Made by a program: the position numbers and the translations under genes. Shown piece by piece: positions 29,135 to 41,100 of a stretch of DNA of 64,000 nt; position 1 is the first letter of the stretch, and each line of letters starts with the position of its first letter. The notes under the pieces were generated by a model, which did not search any database, had not been told where the DNA came from, and was given only the letters and a program-made list of their open reading frames with translations. This DNA is from Phoronis australis. Lineage: Eukaryota; Animalia; Phoronida. Location: NCBI GenBank assembly GCA_002633005.1, contig NMRA01000002.1:1953023-2017022 (forward strand), read 5' to 3'.

Positions 29135-32100
29135 CTGGAAAGTTGACGAGTTGTTTAAAGAGGGAAACATGACGCGAAAAGTGTGCTTTCTACCAACACA
29201 GATGTTAATTCCAAAGTAAAATTCCCACAGCACAAAGCATACACTGAACCATTCAAATTAATTCATTTCAAACTGTTAAGCAAATGCAGAGTTTACTACA
29301 GACAAAAACATTCTCATCACATACGAGAAAAAAAATTAACATTACTTTAGGAACTGTCTTGTTTATAGTGGTGCATACAGCGACACCTATATTTTACCAC
29401 AAGAAGTACAACAAGATTTGGACTACTTCAGTGCTGAAGTCACAAACAGGGTAAAAGATAAATTTTAAAGTTTTGCTTCCATTAAGATTTTGTAGAAACT
29501 TTATCAACAAGTTTTTGAAATATTACTAACTAAAGTATTTAACTCGGCAAAATTAAAAAAATTTTCGAGAGCAGAAATTCCATAGAATTTGATTGTTGAT
29601 ATTATACAAATCTGCCATTCACAAATTCACGTGACTTTTTTCAGTAAAATTTAGCAAAAAAGAAAGGTACATTCATAGCAAAACAACAGGATCAGTTACA
29701 TGACCAAATATCCTATAGTGTAAATGTTCAAACGCTGGCAGTTTTCCAGATTTTTTATTTGTTTCGTTTTCGTCTTATGCAACTTTAAAAAAATTTTTTC
29801 ACTAAATCCCATTTTTGATAGTACCTCTTGCAAAAACAATTTCAAAAACAATTCCTGAAGGAATTTTGGAGAATGATACATAAAGTATAATATCTGAGTT
29901 TCACGTGAATCTGTTCAGCAACTTCTGAGATATCATGATGAGAAGTTGGCCCAAACAGAACATTTTTCTATGGTCCGACAAAACCTTAAAATAATTTACA
30001 TGTCCTGAAACTTGATGCATTAACACTGATACAAATAGGTACACTGCATATATAATTTCATAACTTTTTATTATCAGTAGATATTATAAATGGATAAATC
30101 AATCACTTAGTACGATTTCCTTTCAAGAACTTTGCTACACAGAATGACAAGTACCTGTCTTCATTGTTTGGTTCAGGAGTGCGACTCTTAGAACGGGAAA
30201 CGCTTCTGGAACAGTACAACGAAACAAAATGCAAGCAAAACACAACAAGCAGCAGTTAGAACAACAGCTTAGGCGCTACAACAACTAAAGGCGTGGTCAC
30301 ATGGATACTTTAACAGGTCTGTTGACAGAACAGTTTTAACAGTCCTGTGTTGCCATGCACCAATGGGAGTGCACTGAATTATTTATGTAAATCAAGTAAA
30401 GAACCGGAATATTGATGAGGTGATGAACAGGAAGGTTGAACTGTTCACCAGCATGGAGTCAATCGTAGGATATGGGTTTGATGTGACAACACGAACTCAC
30501 GAATGCTAAAGGTAGTATCAAAGCAGTATTAGAAGTCAACTTTCATTGGCACAGGTAATGTTTTGCTTCTAACTTGAAACGTGAAGCAAGACTGAGAGGT
30601 TAAAAGTTCTTTTAAAGGTTGAAAACAATCCTCAAATCAATAATGCAATGCTAATTGTGCACAACAGGACTCTGTACCATTTCCTATTCTCACTATTAGT
30701 TTCATGGTCAATGTTACTGAAATACTTTGGACAAAAACAGTCAAGAGAATACTATAATTGCGTCAACCTAGTGTGATTTTGGAGAAAAAAAAACAAGTGG
30801 AGTGCTGACCAGTAAGTAGAGTGGATGCAACAACATGGATTTATGCACTTGTCTAGTTTGGCCAAAATACCAATATTAATGGATAACACTTTTTTGCCAA
30901 GAAATTTTGTACAGAGAAGACTAATACGCCGCTCGTAAGTTAAGCAAGGCCATTCAACTACATTTTCTGTTTACTGGCAAAACACTCTACATAGCAAGAT
31001 TTTTGCAGCTACTAAATGGAACTTGCCAAATGGCAAACCATTGCTAGAGTCACCTGGTGTACACTACTGTCTTCATGGAAGATGTTTTTGGCACAATGGA
31101 GAGCAGTTAGGGTGCTGTGCAAGAATGTGACATGACTACAATTTGTAAGCCAGTGGAAAACAGAGGTCGTCAGTCTCACGTGGCAACAAAAACCGTATTT
31201 TCTAAGTCAGCAGAGTAAGAACGGAAAGCTTGATAAATTACAAACAAGAGAAAACCACACCTCTTGATTTCCCTTTTCTCCTTTTCTGGAGATCTGGACA
31301 CAGAACGATCGTCGGATCTGGAATGAGATAAGTGATGTGTGCTCTCACTAAAAGCCTAAGCATGCGTTCTCAGGTTTTCCTAGGGTAGGCTAGATGAAAC
31401 GGCGAGTTCAGCGCAACACTTCATTGCCATCTACGTACATCTAGTAGACAACACCTAAGGATGAAGTGTGTTATTGCTTCTTAAACCATTTCAGGCACGG
31501 TTACAGAAGACAGCATCACAACGACTACAAAACTAGAGTTGAAGCCTCCAGCTCTACATATGAACCTACCTATTAGAAAATACGCTTCAATTAGTATGAG
31601 CAGCTGGCGGAGCAACAACTGACGTACACATTAAATATTCCACTGATATTGTAGGTGTCAGAACACAAGCAACGAAGCCTAAGTCATGCGGGTGGAAAAC
31701 AACAATTTACCTGGCAATGTAACTATTATGGAACAGGAAGAGCTGTGGTTAGCCTACCGTTTGGTATCTTTCTTGTGTCTTGGTGATTTAGAGTCAGAGT
31801 GACTACGAGAACGAGACTTGCTCCTGAAGAAAGCAACACAGAATGTCAGTGAAACCCTTCACAAGTCCAGCTAACAATACATCAAGAATGAATCTTTGAA
31901 CCACCAACTGTGATCAGGAGGAAGAATTGTGAATGACAGGAATTAGCTGAAAATTTGGCTCCACAATTTTGTCCTTTTTGTGATAAAATGGTTGTCAAAC
32001 TTTTTGATAACTAATATACTAGAGTGCCAATTAATATGAAAAAACTAGAAACTCTGGGCAATTTATATTTATTATTAAAAATTGAAATCACATGTCTTCC

Positions 32101-35100
32101 AAACACATCTAGAGTGGAGTTTAATAATTCAGAACTCAGCGATTCAGATTCTCAACTTTCAGTATTCACTAAGCAAACTACTCATTTCAAAAAATAGATT
32201 CAGGGACTCAAACAGCTTGCCACTCAGTTCAAAAAGATGATGAGCACATTGACATGAAGAAAATTGTCCAAACTAAGTCTAAAAGACCAAAATATATGAA
32301 CAATCCAATCTTTGTTGTACCAAAGTATCCATATCATGCATAAAAAGAAGCTAAATTGACTAACCTTTTCTTGGGAGAACGGGACCTGCTTTTGGACTTT
32401 GACCTATAAAAACATTACAAGCAGTCAGGAGCCTTACCAATGATCATACCATGGTCAATAAAACAGTAACAGTGAATTTTAAAATCTGTAATTTTGACGC
32501 TCATTGAAAGTTTAAATGCTGACTTAAACTTACCGCTTTTTCTTTTTATCCTTGTCCTCACGTTTCGTTGAACGGCTTCTTGACCTGATGATTAGGAAAA
32601 CAAAAAACAACGTTGAAAACTAAACCATATCAAAAACGGCAACTTGTTAATTCTTTCTCAAAAATTAAAAACACAGTATGAATTATGATTAACAAAGTGA
32701 AAGTCTTGGCTAATGCATAAACCTGGATAGATAGACACTTAGCAAAAAATTAAACGAAAACAATGAAGTCATCAGCAAAAATGATGGCAAATTTAGACTT
32801 AAAAACCTTGCTGAGCAAGATATTACTGTAACCAAAAGCGAACAAGCTCAACAAATAACCTTCATAAATAAAAGCAGAGCAATTTCTTAAGATCACACTA
32901 TTTACCTTATTTTTTCCAACACAGGCTTCTTAAAGTAACTACAACACCATGTTCCATAGAAAAAACTTGCTTCTTACTCAGATGTGAAGTGATTTATGGA
33001 TTTGTAAAGAATTGACAGTTTGTTACTGTTGAAGACTGTGTCCGGCGCATGAAATACCACACCACAACAAATCAATTCGTAAAGCTTGGGCTCAAGCAAT
33101 AGTCTGCCAGCTTAGAAGCAATGAAATGCGATCCAGTTTTATTCACAGGCATCCTCAGCTTCTGATCGTCCCCAATACACTACATATCATACTACAAGGT
33201 ATGACACTCGGGACTAGAAATTCCATGGGTGCTTTGATTCAGTCGTCCATATCAAACACATAACTCAATAAATTTACACAAAACGGGGTTCAACAAACCA
33301 TGAGCTATTGTTATTTCTTATAATACCAGTCACAGTGTCCTGCTCCAGCGAGTTCGCAAGAAATTCGCAGTCAAAGCCCAAAAATGTTCCCAAAAAGCCC
33401 CCACATACCTCACACTTGGACGATTCGAGGTCAAGGACGGTACAGAAATTGCCGGTTTGTTACGTAAAGTCATGATGTCGATAACTCTACACTTAGCCGT
33501 CCATTCGTAACTCATCCGTAATTTCCGTACTGGCTGAATCGAAGCACCCGTGGAATTTCTAGTCCTGAGTGTCATAACTTGTAGTATTATATGTAGTGTA
33601 TTGGGGATGATCAAAAGCTGAGGACGCCTGTGGTTTGATTAAAGAACATTTGAGACCCATTTCATAACAGCATGGTCTAAATGAAAAGTAGATTTTTGTG
33701 ATAAAAGGTGCTTTATAACCACTTTAAATAAGTTTGCCTTTTCAAGTCGTAGTTTATTGCATCATCGGTAAGAATACAGGCAATATGTCTTCATCTCACC
33801 TAGACTCGGAACGCTTCTTTGACTTTGATCGACTTCTGGACTTAGAGCGCGACCTGGAGGAAGACATTTAGACCTCAAACAGAACAAACTAATCAATCAA
33901 ATGCTAATACATTTTGCTTAGTTTTTGTTCGAAAACTGAAATACTGCACGTACTTGCACTCATTTTGTTTTGTATAAAAACCTAGTAATACAGAAATTTA
34001 AACAAGAGCATACACAATTCTAATCAAGCACAAAACACACTAAGTGAAGTGTCCTCGAAATGCAGATAATCGAGTTTGATACTTCAGTCAATGATTCAGA
34101 TTCTCAACTTCACGAAGCAAATTTCTCATTTGGAAAAATAGAAGAAAAAGCTGATGATCACACTTGACTCTGAGAAAACTATCCAAACTAAGCCTACAAG
34201 ACCAAAATGTATGAACAATACGATTTTCGTTGCTCCTAAGTATCCATATCGTGTACATGAAGAAGATAAATTCACTTACCTTTTCTTGGGAGAGCGGGAC
34301 CTGCTTTTGGACTTTGACCTATAAAAATATTACAAGCATTCAGGAGCCTTACCAATGATCATGTAAAGGGCAATAAAATAATAACAGTAACTTTTAAAAT
34401 TATAATTTTTATGCTAATTAAAAGTTTGAATGACCACAACTTACTTCTTTTTCTTTTTATCCTTGTCCTCACGTTTCGCTGAACGACTTCTTGACCTGGT
34501 GATTAGGAAAACAAAAAACAATGTTAAAAACGAAATCATCTCAAAGTAGAGTTCAAGCAAATGGCGAATCACAGTAAATGATAGTTTTTTCAAAAAATTA
34601 AAAACAGCATGAATCATCATTAGCAAAGTATAAGTCTTGGCTAATGCTTAAACTAGGAGAGATAGACACTTTATAATAGCAAAATTAAATGAAAATGACA
34701 TTCACAACAAAACTAACAAATTTAGACACTAAAACGTTGCTGAGCAAGTTGACAAAGTTGATATTTACCAAAAGTGAACAAGCTCAACAAATATGAGCAG
34801 AGTAACTTCTTAAGATCAAAGTATTTACACTATTTTTTTTCCAAAACAGGCTTCTTAAAGTGACTATAACACTATGTTCCGTAGAAAAATCAACTTTTAA
34901 TTTAGACCACTCAATGCAACTTCAACGGTCTAAACTTGCTTCTTACTTAGATAGTTGTGATTTATGGATTTGCAAAGAATTGACATTTTGTTACTGTTGA
35001 AGACCATGACTGGCGCATGAAATACCACACTATGACAAATCAGTTTGTAATGCCTAGACTCAACCAGAAGTCTGCCAGATCTTTGGAAGACCTGAAATGC

Positions 35101-38100
35101 CCTCCAGTTTGACTAAGGAACACTTTGAGACACATTTTATAACAGCAAGTGGCCTATTAAATGAAAAGTGGATTTTTGTGATAAAAGGTGGTTTATAGCC
35201 ACTTCAAATAAGATTGCATTCTCAAGTTGAAGTTTACAGGCAATATGTCCTCATCTCACCTAGACTCCGAACGCTTCTTCGACTTCGATCGACTTCTGGA
35301 CTTAGAGCGCGACCTGTAACCAGACACTTAAGACTTCAAACAAAAGCAGAATAAGCAAGCAAATACAGAATCTGGGTTAGTTTTTTCCCCAAATTGAAAA
35401 GTTATATACTGCATAAGCTTGTACTTTTTTGTTTTGTGTGTAAACCTAGTAAGGAACATTTGAGACCCATTTCATAACAGCATGGTCTACATGAAAAGTG
35501 AATTTTTGTGATAATTCTAATCAAGCACACAACAGGAAAGAACCACCAGAAAAAAACAGCTATGAAGAAATAAAGAAATGATCCACAAAGCAAGAATGTA
35601 ACTTAAAAAAATCTTCAAATGTGATTCACGTAATATGGCCGAAACAAATAACTTAAGGGTATTCACATTCAATAGTTAGTCAACACATTTTCCAGCGCAC
35701 CAAGAATTTGCAGTATCTCATATCGCATATTACCTGTTCTTCTCCTTCCTTGGAGATTTGGAGCCTGACTTGCTCCTAGAACGGGATTCGTCCCTGAAAT
35801 ATCATAAACATGACAGTCAACACGCATAATCTACTTAGGCAAAAAACCAGTGAGTATTATGCTGTCTGGCAGTAACTTTTACAGAATCCAATTATCGTAT
35901 TCAGAAACCTGGCCAGGGTCTTTTCCCAAGAAACAAACTGCACACTCAACTAAAAATGTTTTTGGAGGTGAACCTTTAGGTTTTCCACTAAAACAAACAA
36001 CTAATTTTATTCAGACCATTGTTTTATGCTACATAATCAGTCGATGAATTAAAAAACTAAACAAATGTTTGCTCATTCCCTCTGAAGATGGCACTATTCC
36101 TTTTCTGGCTTTGATAAAAATTGCGACTAGGATGTATAGAAGTAGTCAGATCAGTACGAAAGTCCTCGTCTTCCATTGTATGTTTTTGTGGGTGCATAAA
36201 ATATATAATGTAGGAAATTTTATGCCATTTGTTACAAAACCTAGGAAGCACTGTTTAATTAGAATGCTTTACTTTTTTTGAGAAGCTTTGTTGAAAACAC
36301 GACTAAACTTTGTTCGAAAGCTTGAAACCGAGTTGGTCGTAGTGTCGAAACAATCTTGAGCGACTTGGTATCAACATTTTCCAAAAAAAGTTTAGTCGTG
36401 TTTTCAACAAAGTTTGTGTTGACGAAGGGCTGCAACCGAACTATACTGATTTTTTAAGATGCTAAAAACACACGTGACCCAATAACCCACTACAGATCTT
36501 GCATGCTTAAAAAATAATGAATATGTTAAATTTCATTCAAGACTGAACAATCACACACCTCTTGCTTTTCTTAGATGGTCTCGGTGATTTAGACCCAGAG
36601 TGGCTTCGGGATTCTCTGAAAGAAAAATAACAATGAAACGACCTCAGAAAAACTCCAAATAATCAATATGACTTCAGCAGGCTGCATAATGCAGTGGAGA
36701 TTTCAGTCATTCAGTCAAGCCATTAAATGCAAAAATTGAATCAAGCACTGGACTCAGTTCATGAACAGGCTACCCAAACAACTCGGCTCACACACTCAAG
36801 AAGACAGCTCACTGACTCATAAGCATTGCTTGGCACGTACAAAACACTGCATGCACACCCAAAAATATGGTTCACTGACTTGCGTCATTAAGACTCCAAC
36901 GTATAACTCGGCAACATGTGTGACGTGTTTGCAGGTGCAGAAGCCAAGTACGCAGTGCAGGAGCTGAGCTGTTTGGGTGGCTAAGCCACGCTTTATAAGG
37001 TCGTGAGTGCACGAGTCGTGTTGTGCGGGAAACCCGGATAAGTTGACAATAGCAGCGCTAACACATCTCAATAACTCCTATAAATAACCGAGTTGAAAAG
37101 AAGGAAATGGCAACACGACATCGACAAAATGGCAATACGAGGACTACCAAAGCTGGAATGGTTAATACAAAGGACAAGCTTGGCCAAATCACACAAGACG
37201 TGTGGTGGTAAGGCAACAATACAAAGTACTTTGCACAACACTTATATACGCATCAGGTTAGTGAGACAGCATGCAGCAAATTCTTCATGTTCCACAGACT
37301 GCAGTACGTGACAAAAATAATCAGACAAAATATCATCATGACGGCTAGTTCTGTTGACAATAAATACGACTGATAATAACTATTAGGGTGACAAAATTCT
37401 AATTACAGAACAGCTTAGCCACCTCAGTATTACGCCTGTTAATTCCCCTTCATTCTTGATCACGAGGGAAGACTGCTCTGGCGATGAATTTGGCTTCTGC
37501 CCAGCCATCACGATGGGGAATTCTGGGTAATTTTGTCTGAGTACTTTTGGTTTGTACTGTGTATGAAGTTTTGAAGCCTACACTGGCAAATTAATTACCG
37601 TGAGAAGATACTGCATGCAAACATAAGCGTGCAGCAGATTACTGAACGGAGATACAAGTTTTGTGGTTTGACTGCCAATTTGTCCAAATATCCAAAATAA
37701 AGCTGCGAGTTGCAAGGCAGTCCCTGCAAAGCAAACACTGTGTTTTTTCAGGACTTTACATCAAGTCTGAAAATTATTTTGACTAAAACTCTGAAGACTA
37801 ACGCAAATTACTTAAATAGACATTGTGATGTATAGTGAAAGAGATGTTCATAGCATTTTTAACATAAGTACCTCTTTTTGGTCGGTGTGCGAGAACGGGA
37901 GCGACTCTTCGAGTCTGACCTTGACCTGCGAGCGACAAACAAAGCTGGTGAGTGCAACTAAGTCCAGCTGCTATATCAGCATTACAAAGCCAATCATCTG
38001 TTACACACAAGTGGTTAGTCAAAACACCTGTTTAGTTACTGGTACTTCATCTACTATAACAAATATATTCTCCGAGGCTATGTCTGGATTCCTTCCTTTT

Positions 38101-41100
38101 GAAATAATACTGGACATAATTGTGTTATTATAAAACTCAAACTGCATTAGTGATTTGCACAATCCAGTTCTCATTCCAGCACTATTGACACGCCATCAGT
38201 AACCATATGAATAAGACTGACATAGAGATCCTGATTTTGTACTTTAATTAAAAAAGATACATAAAAATAATTTCCTCCAGCGCTTTTGAATGTGGTGCAT
38301 ATTAATACATATTTTAACAGTAAATTACAAAACATGTAACAGAGAAGCAAAGTACTGTACATGCGTGCTGGCACTAATTTTCGTAGCATTGGAACCAGAT
38401 AAATGACAAGGATATGGCCCATTAAACAAAAGCTCTTCTAAAACTAATTTGGCACTGGAAAGCATTGTTGTAAAACTCAACAAGAGCTCTGGGATGCACA
38501 ATAGGATGATGATAAATGATCACCAGTCTCATCATCATTCATACCATCACTCACGGGAAACCTCTTCTCATCATTTATCGTTGCTCAGAGATAAGAAATC
38601 ATAAAACTAATCAAGCGTGACGATAAACTTTACACAATAAAATTTATATAAATCATTAATATGAATTACTATCGAGTATTAATGTCATACTATGCCACTC
38701 ATACAAATTCACAAAAACAGTCATAAAAAATCTTTTTCTGATTAATTATGATAAACCAAAATTGTCTCTGTACCGCTTGGTCTTTTTAGCCTTGTCGTCA
38801 GAATGCCGTGGACTTCGACTTCTGGACCTGAAAGTCAGAAGATAACAGCTCAGACAACAGATAATGCCAAAGGCCAAATTACTGACACTAAGATTTGACT
38901 CTAGCTTATTTAAACACACGTTACATCAGTACACTGGAGCACTTAATAAGTTGGGAAAACAAGAAAATAACTTCCATATTTTGTGACACAGTTAGGCATA
39001 CAGACTGGTGTAGACTGTGTATACTATCCATAATTGATCTTGCCAATATTGTCCCTATCCATTGTGATTTGATAAACTGAATAAGGGAAACTTGGAGCAT
39101 AGACAGAAATGCTTAAGATATGTTTATCTAAGATTATGTGATATTAATAACGCTCATTATACCTCAACCTTCAAAAGTTATGAATTATCAGTTTGGACAT
39201 TGACAGCCTGTGGCGTGCTGCAGTACTTTTCCTTTTTCAACTCATTAAAATATCATGAAAGGTGCATCTCAGAAATTAGGAATTCTCGACTCTTTTTGAC
39301 ACAATGACGCAGGTTGGAAAAAAGTAGCTCCGATAGAATTGAAATTTCCACAAAGGAAAATGCCCGAGGAGTAAACTGAGTTTTCAACAATGTGAACAAA
39401 GGCTATCTATGAGGTCAATCACTGGCCAGCAGGGAAATGTTCAAATGGGAGTGACATTTCAGTGAAATTCACTGACCTGATTTCATTATCTTAAGATCTG
39501 GCCGTAAGTTATTCCTCTGGAAGTACTCAGGCAGGAATACGCCGGTAACATTTAAAAAACTACCACATACACATTGTAGGACATTAATACCTAAAACTGA
39601 AACTTTACTGCAATGCACTTGTTCACAGACAATTACTGTGAGTTAATTCTACCAAACCGTGTGTTCTTCGAAAATTCCACCACAAGATTTTGTCCGAAAA
39701 TTTTAGTCCAGTAAAAATGTTTGTCCCTAGTAGATTTCAGTGGTATACACTGGCATATCAAAGTAAACCAAGTGACTGACAGCACCCCCTGTGATCCTCC
39801 CATGTCATTATGTACCGTGAGTTGGATCGTCTATGTGACCTTGACCGGCTCCTTGACCTAGATTGTGACCTGAAATGAAGGCAATTAAGTTGACGAACCA
39901 ACAAACAAACACGCTCATGTACAATATGTTCACTTCCAAAGAATCTTTGTAATATTTCTCAAAACTGATTGCCTTCACCATAGTAGAAACCCGCAAATTC
40001 TCGTTGGCTTTGTTCGACGTCATGAACATTTTGCACACATAATGAGTAAAAACGTCCAACGAAACGCAACATCTCAGCAATGCTTTACCTTCCTAGTTCC
40101 CACGTGTGCCTCCAAACTATTACGCGTTCATCATTTAACATTTAACTAAAAATCCCCATAACTAATCCCTCAAGTGTTCCCTACTGTCTCTGCATCATTT
40201 GTAAGGGAGGAAACATGCAGATGCATGTCTCTTGAAAATAGAACGTGTTCGGAGACATGTTGCATTGAAGCCGACTCAAATCCACTTCAGCAGGGCAACT
40301 GCCACAATCTGCAAATAAAAGTCAGCAACAACAACCGCAATGATCAGCAACTTTGCTATCAGGACGACCACTTCTTTCTGACCTAGTAGAGCAGCGAATC
40401 ATATACAGCAGCCGAAGACCATGTGGTTCCAATGCCATGCGAGCCTGCAAACCATCTGCTTTCCAGTGTAGTCAATATCATGTCTTTCTAGAGAGCACAA
40501 CGACACCTAGCCACAAGAGGAGAAATCACCGTATGTCGTCGGTTACTTGCTTATGCACTGAATGTGGTATCACAATAACAACATGTCTCCAGAACAGGTT
40601 ATCGTTCCAAAACCACTTTAAATAATAATCCATAATTCAGTAAAAAGTGTACGCTCCTAATTTTGGAAATCAAATTAGTTTACTTTTTTCAAAAAATGAC
40701 AATATTACATACCAGTAGGGAACACTTAAAATGTACTTACTGTGTCTGACAGCATCTATTCATAAAAATCAATTACCTCGGACAATCAAACTCTGATTAG
40801 AATTTGTGTGTGTGCGTGGCCACCTTACAGACGGCACTAGCTGCCCCACGACGCACTCGCAGTAAATGACAAGTCTCGTACAATCGTACAGCGTGCAGTG
40901 TTTGTAGGCTGCCGTATCTATGGACTCGCTCGCCGGGGATTAAAGATGGCGTTAGAAGCGCTTAAGAGTGGCCGAGAGTGACCAGACAGTGGTGTCGGCC
41001 TTGCCTCAGAGCTCCCTCTGCTGGAGTTCACGTGCAAGTGAGTACGCGGGCGACCAAACGCGACCAAGCTCTCGACTAGGACTTAACATTTGAGTAGGGC

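Larger units (their letters stand above)
32090..35530. repeat. Intragenic tandem duplication of a three-microexon block (copy 1 about 34050-35530, copy 2 about 32090-34035)
   Basis: Exons 9/10/11 match 12/13/14 and the introns are alignable, e.g. GATTCAGATTCTCAACTT near 32140 and 34093, and CAGGAGCCTTACCAATGATCAT near 32426 and 34341. Boundaries are approximate. Confidence 0.9.

Noticed and set aside
37253-37339. Possible intronic C/D snoRNA on minus (ATGATGA...CTGA); a similar pair near 40074-40135
   Set aside because: No good terminal stem, C'/D' boxes or recognisable rRNA antisense element.
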